From NCBI GenBank assembly GCA_964016885.1, contig OZ024745.1, positions 90,830,001-90,894,000 of the forward strand: a stretch of DNA of 64,000 bases, written 5' to 3'. This DNA is from Eledone cirrhosa (lineage: Eukaryota). A model generated the notes under the pieces. It worked only from the letters and a program-made list of their open reading frames with translations, made no database searches and was not told where the DNA came from. Positions 14,096 through 26,547 of this stretch are shown here, one piece after another. The first letter of the stretch is position 1. Every line of letters begins with the position of its first letter. A program made the position numbers and the translations under genes.

Positions 14096-15395
14096 TCTCT
14101 GGTGTTGGTGTCATGATAGAATGCACTTGGTAGAATGCAGAACTGTAAGTGGGATGTGAACATCCAGGTGTCTTGGAGGTCAATGGCCCCACTTCAGTAT
14201 AGACTCAGTCTATGAAGACCAGTCCAACCATTGCTAACAGAGAAAGTGGACGGTAAATGAAAATGATTGATGAAAGTAGCAAAATAAGATGATGCAAAAC
14301 AAAATATATAACAAGAGATGTAATAGGATTTCCAGAATCACAGACTCTGTGTCACAAAGCTGAAAATATATATATATATATATTTAATACAATAACAGAG
14401 ATAGCTTAAAGCTAAACTCTGACTGGTAACCATCTCACTCAACAAACATTAGGTTATATGTTAGTATAAACCCAATTTAAGTGTTTGAGGTGCTAACTAT
14501 ATGTATTATGTGGAAAGCCAGTTGTATTATTTTATGAGATATAATTAAAGTTAAATTATATCTCTCTTTCCAAACAATTGTTTCATTATAAGTTTTCTAC
14601 AAATTAGGAGAATGTTTCCAGTTTATGTAGAAGCCTAACATATATTCATGTAAGAATATATTTAGGTGGGCGCTTACAAATCATCAGTGGAAGCCCATTA
14701 AACTTTGATATAAGAAAAAATTCTTACCGCAGTTAAAAATCGTGTCTGCTAAGCTGCTCCCTCACGCATCGAATGACCGCCAAATTTGAAATTCCAGCAG
14801 TTTTTGACTGAGGAAGTATTATAGCGTCACGAAGCGGGAAGGGGAGACAGCCAATACACGAGAAAAGAAAAAATAATATTCACGCGGGTTAATTAGTTTT
14901 TTCAAAAAACATTATCAATCCAACGTGTTAAGAACTCAATTGAAATTAAAAACCTAAATGCATGCGTGTATTAATTACACACGCATATAGATATTTTCTT
15001 AGGCTAAAAACAGAAGTTGTACCCGAATAACAAACCGCTTTTCATAACCGTAGTAAATACGGAAAGTTACGCTTTAAAGGGCAATCGGGAATGTAAATCT
15101 CTGGCCGAATTAAGAGTAAAATATTAAATACACATGGGTTAATTAGTTATTTCAAAACTAATATCAATTCCACGTGTTAAGAACTCAATTAATTTAAAAA
15201 AATAAAAGTATGCATGTAATTATTTACACAGGCATATATATATATTTTCTTAGGCTAAAAACAGAGAAGTGACAACCAAAAAACCATCATATCGCACAAT
15301 AGTAATAAATACGGAAAGTCATATTTATAAGGTACCTGGAAATAAATACCTCTGGCCAATCAAGAGTAAAATATTTAATACAATAACAGAGATAG

Positions 15396-15446
<51 letters not shown>

Positions 15447-16971
15447 TTGAAGTCTTCCCAAGCCTGGAAGCTCATCCTGGTTCCATCAGTGTTAGGTGAC
15501 TAAGTGTACAACCCTTCCCTGGACAGGACATCGTAGCAAGATTAACAACTCTCCCCCCACCCCAGCTACTGCTGGTATTCATTTTCAGCCAAGAATACTG
15601 AAGCAAAATGAAATGAAGTGTTTTGCTCGAAAACATTACACACCACCCAGTGACAAAATCAAACTCACGACATTAAGATCATAAATCCAATACCCTAACC
15701 ACTAGATCATATGTCTTCACATATATTAGCAGAGTGAAAATGGATGATCACTGAGAGGTTAGGCTTCTAGACATATTATCGGTGCTTATATCATAAGTCT
15801 CTAAAAGTCTAAAGTTTGTCTTGAGCCCAGAGGCTCATCAGGCTGGTGCTTATCCTGGTTTCTGAGGCCTAGTGGTAACGGTATTGGACTTACGATCATA
15901 ATGTCATGGGTTTGATTCCTGGGCTGGGTTGTATGTTGTGTTCTTGAGCAAAACACTTCATTTCACTGTTCTCCAGTATACTCAGCAATAGCTGGGGTTT
16001 AATCCTGCGATGGACTGGCATCCTGTCCTGGCGGAGTTGGTACTCTCAGTTGCTATATCATAAGAATGTTACTGTATTCATCCAGTAATATATACTGTGT
16101 AGGGTGTTTAGGCATGAGCAGTTTAAACAAAGTTCTTTTTTATTTTCATGCCATGTTAACTATTGAATTTTGGCACAAGAAGCAAACTTTTGACCTTTAG
16201 CAAAACAGATAAAAGTTGCACTTTACTCCAAGTAATCAGTAAACACAGTAGTCTGTCTCACTTTATACCTTTTGGATTTCCTTTTTTTACTTTATATTTC
16301 TATAATTTTGTTTACACCTAGACTGTTCTTTCTTCAATAACTTTCAAACTAGACAACTAAATCAGCTTTCATAATTCCTATTTACTTTTTCTAGATAAAA
16401 GAAAGAAATAAACACACATACAGCTTTGGTGAAATACAGCGGCTTATATCAAAGTTAATTGGTGAAAATACTTAAGTGAAACCAAACTAGGTTACTTTAC
16501 TACATCAGCTGATTGCTATTCACACAAAAATTTCTTAAGCACTGCTGATATGGCCCAGATCAGATATATCATCATCACGTTTAACGTCCATTCTTTCATG
16601 CTAACATGGATTAGACAAGTTGTCCTGTTGTGAACAATGCCAGGTCAGGTGACCATGTCTTGTTCATACAGAACTGATTCTGGCTTGGTTTCTACAGCTG
16701 GATGCCCTTCCTAACTCTAACCACATTTACAGTGAGTACTGGGTGCTTTTTGTCATGACGCCTACATGACCACTTTACAGTGTGAGCTGGGTGCTTTTTG
16801 CCATGTTGCCATCACAACCACTTTACAGTGTGGGCAGGGTGCTTTTTGTTGTGTCGCCATTGCGACCACTTTATATATATGTATGCAAAGGGTAAACAGA
16901 AATAACAAAGTAAACGACACAGTACAATGAAGAAATATATTATTAGTTTTATGCTTGATATAGTACGAAAA

Positions 16972-17010
16972 GAGTCTTAACATTTCGGACACTGGTCCTT
17001 CATCAGAAAA
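16972..17010 (-). ncRNA. Minimal or degenerate Penelope-type hammerhead
   Basis: CUGAUGA-aGGAC(cagu)GUCC-GAAA-UGUUAAGA; stems I and III are weak. Confidence 0.5.
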
Positions 17011-17504
17011 TAGAATGAGAAATTAAAGAAGAAATAAAAAGATTGAAGAGACAGGCAGTGCAGAAGCTATCCACTGGAGAAGCAAATTCATAATGAAATT
17101 TGCAAGTAATGTAGAAATGTACTCATAAAATTAATCATGAATATCATGGCTGCAGCTATGTCATATCACTGAATAAACACTAAATACTGAAGTAGCACCA
17201 ATAGGACTGGCGGAGAGGAGAGCACCACAAAGGAACATTCTGCATACTAGATACACATACAGTAGGGACCCACATTATTATCCATGCAAGTAGTAGACAT
17301 AAACACTGGTTGAGGTATATAAAATTTTAAACCAACAACCAAGGGATGTAACTGCAATAATAACAGTTAACCAAAATATATTGTAGTAGATTTTTTTTAT
17401 TTCACCAGAGCCATTTCTTGTAAACAAAGCAGAAATGAAAGTTGTGACATCCATACTTTTTTTAACTTTCTCATACATAAAGTGAAATTACACGTTGAGG
17501 CAGT

Positions 17505-17655
17505 GAATGGTAGAACTAGTATAACATGTAACAAAATAACATGTGATATTTGTTGAATGGTAGAACTAGGATAACATGAAACAAAATAACATGTGGTATT
17601 TGGTGAATGATAGAACTAGGATAACATGTAACAAAATAACATGTGGTATTTGTTT
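17505..17655. repeat. Three copies of a ~49-bp tandem unit
   Basis: GAATGGTAGAACTAGGATAACATGTAACAAAATAACATGTG. Confidence 0.85.
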
Positions 17656-19190
17656 AACATCTTTTATATTCTGAGTTCAAATACTGCTCAGGTTAATTTT
17701 GCCTTTCATTGTTCTGTGGTTGATAAAATACCACTTTATGTGGAACAGGATGGACATCCATTGGTTTCAACAATGAGTGTGTCACCTGTTCAATCAATGG
17801 AATGGCTAGCTCTTGAAATTAACATGTAAGTGGCTGCGCATTCTAAAGACATATGTACCTTTAACGTAATTCTCAAGGAGATTCTATGTGACACAATGTG
17901 ACAAAACAGTCCCTTTGAATTACAGGTACAATCCATCCAACAAGCTTCCAAACAGTCTCCATCTAGACAATTTCACTCACGAGGCATGAGTCGACTCACG
18001 AGGCATGAGTCGACTCAAGGCTATGGTAAATGACACTTGCCTAAGATGCCAGACAATGAGATCCAAAACAGGAACTAATGATTGCAAAGGAAACTCCTCA
18101 GGCTATGCTTCAGCCACATCAGTTAATGTACTGGAGTTAATATAAACAACTATAGCCTTGAAGTTGAAGTGCCACAGAATGACAACAATCCAATGGTTGA
18201 AACCAGCAAAGGAATGTTAAACAATGAAGTCTACAAATTTCTATGAAAACATCACCTCTATTTTTGATATTAAATGTTCCTTTATGAATAATGTTTGTTT
18301 GTTTTCAATAATGATTAATTTTTAAATATCTAATTTAAAACATAGCAATGTACAAAGTAATTTTGAGGCTGCATTTTACATCTGGATGGTTATAACAAAG
18401 CTTATATACTCAGAACGCATGAAAGGAAAATATATAAAAATAATTAACTAAATCTGATTAAACTAGCTTAACCTCAAGACTAATTTAGCTTGCACTGATG
18501 TGATGCTCTTAATGGTTTTGTTTTTGACCTAGTTGGTCATATGATAATACTCTAATGAAATACTACACACAAAACAAAACAATTTTTTTTGTTTAATATA
18601 CTTTAAAATTTCAGAAGTTATATATGATTAGAAACAGTTTCAATTTTGTTTTAAATATCAACTATAATAATAGCGAATGTGTGTATATTTATTTATTTAT
18701 ATATTTGTCCGTCACTAACTGAAGGGGAGATGACTGAGAAAGGAAGGTGAGGGGTTGACAAACTATAGAAAACAGTGACCGGCATTCTAAGATTCACTAC
18801 ACTTGTGTGTGTATATATGTAGCAAATTGGCTACACACATTGGCTATTATTATTGTAAGTATGTATGTGTGTGAGTATATGTGTTTGTGTAAATATATTT
18901 ATACCTGTGAGTGTGTTTGTATTTATATTTATACTTGTGTGAGTATATGTGTGTTTGGATGAATATATTTATACTTGAGTGAGTGTAGGTGTGTGTGTGT
19001 GTTTATATTTATATACACATACATATAAATGTATACATAAGCACACCAAGATATTATCTTGGCCATATATGTTAGTTGCTGATAGTTTATCCACACAAAA
19101 AATTAGTAACAAAAGAATTATTAAACTAAAAACTTGGTTTGTATCCTTTTTATAAGAAAAAATATAACTAGCCATCATTATATACAACTA

Positions 19191-19790
19191 GGGCGGTGGA
19201 TTAGCAGTATCGGTAGAGGGTCGGACGCCATGCTTTCCAGCATAGTTACGTCCCTTTACGATCTGAGTTCAAATCCCGCCGAGGTTGACTTTGCCTTTCA
19301 TCCTTACGGGGTCGATAAAATAAAGTACCAGTAATGCACTGGGTAATTGCTGGCCTTGTGCCTAAAGTAGAAACAATTATATACAACTAGGGCGGTGGAT
19401 TGGCAGTATCGGTAGAGGGTCGGACGCCATGCTTTCCAGCATAGTTATGTCCCTCTACGATCTGAGTTCAAATCCCGCCGAGGTTGACTTTGCCTTTCAT
19501 CCTTACAGGGTCGATAAAATAAAAGTACCAGTAATGCACTGGGTAATTGCTGGCCTTGTGCCTAAAGTAGAAACAATTATATACAACTAGTACGTGGATT
19601 GGCAGTATCGGTAGAGGGTCGGACGCCATGCTTTGACGCATATAGTTACGGCCCTTGCCATTCTGAGTTCAAATCCCGCCGAGGTTAACTTTGCCTTTCA
19701 TCCTTACAGGGTCGATAAAATAAAGTACCAGTAATACACTGGGTAATTGTTGGCCTTGTGCCAAAAGTAGAAACAATTATATACAACTAG
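19191..19790 (+). mobile_element. Three head-to-tail copies of SINE family B (Deu/Nin-like domain)
   Basis: ~200-bp units with GAGTTCAAATCC B box and GCCTTTCATCCTTACGGGGTCGATAAAAT core, separated by ATTATATACAACTAG. Confidence 0.88.
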
Positions 19791-20893
19791 TACAGTATAA
19801 TTTTGAAATTTTGCTATTTATGAACTCCAAAAGGTAGACACAGGCTAAAAAATCCTATGGCAGGACTTAACACTAATAGAGGGACAAGCATAAGTCAAGC
19901 TTAATAACACCTAAACTAAATCAGAAGCACTGTAATGGATGCTCACATCAAGTAAAAGTTTACATTTGTGTACGTAGAAGTACAAGTATTGTACACTTAT
20001 ATTTTACAGACCAGACTGACTGAGACCATCCAATTCCACATGCTACCAGCCAAAACAAAATACCATCATAACATCATGGAACAAGTTCTTATGTTCCAAA
20101 CATCATCTTGTACCAATTAATAAAAGTTTATACTAAATATTTTCATAACCCCCGCTAACACTTTAACTGAAACACACAGTTAATCCTTCTTACAAAAATA
20201 CTCACTATTTGGAGTAACCCTTTCGTTACCATATTTCTAATAAAATATTTTCAAATAATTTTGAAAATAATCAAGAATTTCGAAGGATTTAGTAATATAA
20301 CTTTCTCGTTAATAAGCTGGTGTTTGGAACATAACAAAGATTCTTATATAAAATTGTGATGGAAGGTTTTTAGAACAAACAGCTTTGCATCTTGGAACTA
20401 AGGGCAGCTTCAGGCAGTTTGGTATCAAAAGGGTTAACTCTTAACATTATGTATGCAGAAACTACTGCAAAACTTCTATTCACTTCACCAATCTATTTCA
20501 GTGAATATAAATGTCTTCAAATGCTTTATTGGTCTTATAAGGACTTCTATTGAGCTCTAGACTTTGAGAGATGAATCCAATTCTGTATAGACTAGCAAAT
20601 GTAAGTAGCTTCAACAGTCATCATCATCATCACCATTTAACATCTGTTTTTTCCTGCTATCAAGGGTTAGACATGTCACCGCAGACCAGTCAATATTCAA
20701 ACAGTGCCATTTCTGACTTTCAGATGGGCCGGGGGCTCAATATACAATCCTGCACTCTACCGAGTTCATTTTAACGTGGCACCAACACTAGGAGTCTTCC
20801 TGACCCTTTCATTGGCAGGCAAACTCATTTCTACAGCATTCCTACCATCAACCATTTTACAGAGTGTAGTATGTAACCATTTATCATCTAGAT

Positions 20894-21178
20894 CAGTGGT
20901 CTCCAACCTTTTTTTTATACCACAGACTGGCTTCATGTTGGACAATTTTTCCACGGACTAGTAGTTGCACATATCTGTTATTTAAGTGCATTTCAATAAA
21001 AAGACCAATTATTAAAGTAGATGAATATTGAATATTTAAACAAATCTTTTTAAATTAAAGTCCAATATTCAATTTATCTATTATATAGTTTTAAACAAGC
21101 TAATTATTTCATTGCAGCCTGGTAGCAAATGATCCACAGACCGGTACCGGTCCACAGCCCAGCAGTTGGGGGCCTCTG
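20894..21178. mobile_element. hAT (Charlie-like) MITE
   Basis: Homologous to 11508-11773. Confidence 0.78.
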
Positions 21179-21319
21179 ATGTAATTACATATATGAATAT
21201 GATCAGGTTAGCATAGATTTTATTAAATAGTCTTCACATGATATCCAAACCAGTTAATAAGGTTTTAGTTAATTATAGTAGTAACTGATTTTTTTTTAAA
21301 TGTATGTCAGTATTGAAAA

Positions 21320-21508
21320 TAATTGTTTCTACGTAAGGCACAAAGCCAGCAATTACCCAGTGCATTACTGGTACTTTATTTTATCGACCCCGTAAGGATG
21401 AAAGGCAAAGCTAACCTTGGCGGGATTTGAACTCAGAATGGCAAGGGCCGTAACTCTATGCGTCAAAGCATGGCATCCGACCCTCTACTGATACTGCCAA
21501 TCCACCAT
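21320..21508 (-). mobile_element. SINE family B
   Basis: Homologous unit; TSD TCAGTATTGAAAATAAT on both sides. Confidence 0.82.
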
Positions 21509-23834
21509 CAGTATTGAAAATAATGTTCTATAATTGTTTTTATTAAGTTAAAGAAGCTTATTGCATTGACAGCTTTGGTTTAAATAACAGCATTAGGTTA
21601 ACAAACTATGTAGAGAGGGAGAAATATAGTGAGAGAGACTGTTGTCTGCAGTATATCATTCACATCATTAATGTCATCACAGCCAACAAGGATAAGGTTA
21701 ATCCTACAAAATGTAGTCACTCTTCTTAGACAAGTGAACTTTGTATTATTTCAAGGTGGTTAGAAAATCACTTGGTTCATATTGTTCTGTTGGTTATCAA
21801 CAACATTAGGTTTGAATTACTAAAATAGATAAATCTTTTTATAGTTATTTTTCAAGACTGTTTTCCTTTGAGGGTTTGTTTGCTCACACACACCCAACCC
21901 ACCCCTACATTTCTTTTCCAGGTTATGAGTAATTGAGAACTATGGTATATACAAAAATGAAACTTAAAACTTCATTTACATCAGTTTGAATTAAGTCAGG
22001 TTGTAAAAATGCATTACTTTATAACATAATGCAGTCTCTTTAATTAAGGATCGTGGTATTATTGAGTTTAGAATGGAATTTTCTATAAAAAGAAAAAAGC
22101 TACAATAAGTATGATAGCAATCTCAATACAAGTTATAAAAGGACTGACAATTAAATTACAAAATTGCACAAGTTAAGATCAATATAACTAAGTGTTCACT
22201 TCTACTTCTCTATCACTTGTTGAAGTATGAAAAGCTATCTAGCAGAGGGTTTTACATAGTGGAAGAATCTTCAGAATGAAATACTTAAGATCTATAAAGT
22301 AACAACAACAGACTTTTGGAATATACTTCAAATCAATTTCTTTTTATTTTCACAAGACAACACAGAGAGATAGGGGAGAAGAGGGATGGGAGATGAAAAT
22401 AAAAACATTTAGTAACATTAGATATTTTACAAAGCAGGAAGTTATAATAGCAGAAAAGTTTAAAAGTCAAGAATTAAAAGCATTAAAATTACATATACAG
22501 TGTAGTGACTAATCCAGTGTGGAGTCTGGTTCAGAGCAGAACCACTAGGTGGATTCCAATTGTTTGGCATTAAATTTTTATCTGATAGCAGATAAAGAGA
22601 ACATGGAGAGAGAGAGAGTTGAGAATGTAATTATTATTTTTAAATTAATTAACATTCCTTTTTAGTAAACTACTTCAAGAGCAACAGGGGGAAGGGGGTT
22701 AAGGTCACTAAAAAGACAAGACAAACATCATCCAACAAGCTTCGACAAATTTAATAACTTCTGAAGAATCTATTTAATCAACCATTCTAAAAGGCTGTGT
22801 TGTGAAGCCATGCAAGCAATCAAAATCCAAAAATAACAGCTAAATATTAAGAATATGTCTCAAATAAAATTAAAAAAAGCTCAGAAAAATATTTCAAAAT
22901 TTTATGGAGAAATGAATTTCATAGAAAACTATTTGGAGGATTGGTAAAGTTGTTAGAGTCATCATCATCATCGTTTAACGTCCATCTTCCATGCTAGCAT
23001 GGGTTAGACGTTTTTGACAAAAATACCTAGCAATATTCAGTTACAGCCCTTGTGTTCTAAGTTCAAATCTTGCCAAGATTGACAAAATAAAGTCAAGCAG
23101 TGGTGCCAATTTAATTGACTAATTCCTCCTTTTAAATTTGTTGAGGCCTTGTGCCTATGTTAGAAACAATTATTTACTTTTCATCTCTATTGTATATGTT
23201 TGAACATAAATGAAAATATACAATGGAATGTAAACAAGAAAGAATAACATAACTTAAATACGAGTAAGAAGATAGTATAACAAGACATTTTATACATTAC
23301 ATATTAAGTTGAGATGATCGTTCAAACATTAAAAATATCCAAACAATCTTCAATTCATATAGTGCAAATTATTCTCATCTATTAGATAATGGTTTCTGAT
23401 TTAGGCACAAGACCAACAATTTTGGGGGAGGGGAAAGTCGATTAAATCGACCCCAGTGAGTGACTGGTACTTTACTTTATCGACCCCGTAAGGATGAAAG
23501 GCAAAGCTAACCTCTGCAGGATTTGAACTCAGAATATAAAGGGCCGTAAGAGGCACATGGCCTAGTTGAAAGGGTGTTGACCTTATGATCATAATGTTGT
23601 GGATTCGATTCCTGGGCTGAGTTGTATGTTGTATTCTTGAGAAAAACACTTCATTTCACGTTGCTCCAGTATACTGAGCTGAAAATTAATACCAGCAATA
23701 GCTGAGAGGGTTAACACTGCGATGGACTGGCATCTTGTCCAAGGAGGAGTCTTGTACTATCAGTCGCTTCACGCCACAGAAACCGGGATAAGTACCAGCC
23801 TGATGAATCTCAAGACAGACATCAAATAATCTAA

Positions 23835-24070
23835 CATGTATCAGCCTCTCTCTGATAGACTTCCGGCAGTTTTGTGGTAGAGGTTGTAGCACTGGAGACT
23901 TCCTGCGTTCTTGGCCAACACCAGATCACATCGCTACTCACAGCTATCGGAGCAGAGTTGGTCGTCGGCAGGTGCGAACCCGTCAGGCAAAGTGGCTGTT
24001 CCAGCGCGTCTCCCTCGCTGTCCTCCAAGGCAATGTATTCTCCATCCTGTCAGCCAGGACCCAGAGGCAA
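23835..24070 (+). mobile_element. 3' fragment of a CRE-like (REL endonuclease) non-LTR retrotransposon
   Basis: VALETSCVLG..LLTAIG, then a frameshift to WLFQRVSLAVLQGNVFSIL (23993-24049); GC-rich relative to the flanks. Confidence 0.65.
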
Positions 24071-24195
24071 AGCATTAAGTTAGGTGGAGGTAGAGGATAC
24101 TCATTTGAATGTTACATACAAAAATGAAACTATGCCTGCATGCATGTCCAACCACTATTTGTTGGAGTTGTTTTCTGAGTGTATTATTTACATAG

Positions 24196-24384
24196 AGGGC
24201 GGTGGATTGGCAGTATCGGTAGAGGGTCGGACGCCATGCTTTCCAGCATAGTTACGTCCCTTTACGATCTGAGTTCAAATCCTGCCGAGGTTGACTTTGC
24301 CTTTCATCCTTACGGGGTCGATAAAATAAAGTACCAGTAATGCACTGGGTATTTGCTGGCCTTGTGCCTAAAGTAGAAACAATT
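24196..24384 (+). mobile_element. SINE family B
   Basis: Near-identical to the 19191 unit; TSD ATTATTTACATA. Confidence 0.85.
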
Positions 24385-24760
24385 ATTTACATATAGGGCA
24401 TTCAATAATTAATTACATTGCATTTCTTCTAGGCATATCTACATTCAGATTTATGTATTTAACAGTCCTACTTGCTTATTTGCATGTATATTTGCATATA
24501 TATTATTTGCATATATATTATTTGCATATATATGTACAGATTAAAGTTTAAGCAAAAAATAAAAAATTAAAAATTAAAAAAAATAAAAATAAATAAAAAT
24601 CGCTGCTCTCACCTTTTTTACAGGATCTTCTGAAAGTACTTCAGAAGATCATATAATAAATATTTGCTCTACTGGTTTTTTTATATATATATATATATAT
24701 ATAATCCTTATCAAGCCCTCTTCGGATTTTAGTCTTCACATTTATTAGTACTATATATAT

Positions 24761-25085
24761 CATCATCACCGTTTTACGTCCGTTCTTCCACGCTAGCATG
24801 GGTTAGACAGGTTGTCCTGTTGTGGGCAGTGTCTGGTCGGCTGACCTTGTCTTGTGCACAAGAACTGATTCTGGCTTGATTTCTACAGCTGGATGCCCTT
24901 CCTAACACCAACCTCATTTACAGTGAGTGCTGGGTGCTTTTTTTTCCGTGGCACCTCCACGACCACTTTGTAGTGGAATGATAGGGACCCCAGTCCTATC
25001 ATCTCATTTCTACAGTTGAGTAAACTGGAGCAATGTGAAATAAAGTATCTTGCTCAAGGAAACAACACATCACCCGGTCCGAGAA
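24761..25085 (-). mobile_element. SINE family A, 5'-truncated
   Basis: Homologous body, head missing. Confidence 0.75.
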
Positions 25086-25710
25086 TATATATATAATGTG
25101 TGTGTCTATATATAGGGTAGTTATTGATGGTGAGTGGACTGGTTGAAGCAAGAACAGTCTTATTTATGTATACATTACTATGCATTTTAGTTCCCCCACA
25201 TTTACATTCCTAAAATAAACCAGCTTGACTCCTTATCAGATCAAACCACCCTGAAATATAATTTTTACTTTGCGCTGTCTCTAGACTGTTTATATTGGGA
25301 GTTTTTTTTTTGTTCACATCATTTAATCATATAAACAGTGGTTAATCAACCATCTTAATACTAATGAAACCTGCTCCAGTTTCCTATCAACAATTTTTAC
25401 GTTCAGCACCAATTAGTAGAAATATTACTATTATGATGGTATGCTTTTATGACACTTCTCTCCTAATGAATTTCTAATTATACAGATGTTCTTTTTTTTA
25501 TTGTTTTCACACATGAAAGATTGACATTCAGCTACTCATTAACTCACACCCATACTCACACTGTTTTGACTGGGGTTATCAAACTATTAATCTCATATCT
25601 AGTGTTTGACACTACATTTTGATCTGTGTATGTATATGTATATAAATAACGTGTTTGACACTACATTTTGATATACATACATACACACACACATATATAT
25701 ATATATATAT

Positions 25711-25909
25711 AAACAAAGAAAGTGTGGTAAGGAACCAGGTGGACCATAACGCACCAGAGTACTCGATACTTAGGGTAGCAGAGTGGGTAATAGGAAAATA
25801 GTCAGGACCCCAATGGCTGAGGTCCAGCCGTTTCGACAGCTAGGTCCGAACACTTCGGATCTAGCTGTCAAAATGGCTGGAGCTCGGCTGTTGGGGTCCT
25901 GACTCTTTT

Positions 25910-25914
<5 letters not shown>
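25711..25914 (-). mobile_element. Palindromic-head element containing a hammerhead 3' half
   Basis: Inverted repeat 25790-25914 plus ~80-nt tail; TA tracts on both sides; homologous to 33506-33695. Confidence 0.72.
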
Positions 25915-25968
<54 letters not shown>

Positions 25969-26023
25969 TTACACACACACAATATATATTTTATGTGTTT
26001 GCTACATTTTGATCTCTGAGTAC

Positions 26024-26059
<36 letters not shown>

Positions 26060-26287
26060 TGCTTTGGTCCAATATTTTTAGGTAAAAACTCAAGTATTTA
26101 CCCTTGATAAGGACTCCCGTCACAAACCTACATATTTAACATGGAGATGATGGCATTATAGATAAGAGTAATAATATACTGTGTTAGCAATAAAGATTCA
26201 TAAGTTCAAAGATTACATATTACATATGTCACATGCATCTAAATAACATATGTAACACATATATCTATGCAAAATATAATTTTCAAC

Positions 26288-26547
26288 TACTCTAGGGCCT
26301 CAAATAATCATCTCCCTCCGCTTATAAATTTTTTGGATTTTTTCCATTATGACAAAACAAAGTACATTACTAGAAATCCTGTATGTTATAAAATAAATAG
26401 GGTTGGTTTGGGAGGTCTGAATATGTTAACTAAATAACTAATTCTGATTTTTAAAAAATCAACGAGACAACCTAGAAAAATTATCTATTTTCCAACCTCC
26501 CGCTTATTTCACACACACCGCCTCCTATTATTTGGGACCTGAGAGTA
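26288..26547. mobile_element. TIR MITE (possibly Tc1/mariner-like)
   Basis: TACTCTAGGGCCTCAAATAAT / ATTATTTGGGACCTGAGAGTA imperfect TIRs; internal CCTCC(C)GCTTAT repeats. Confidence 0.6.
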
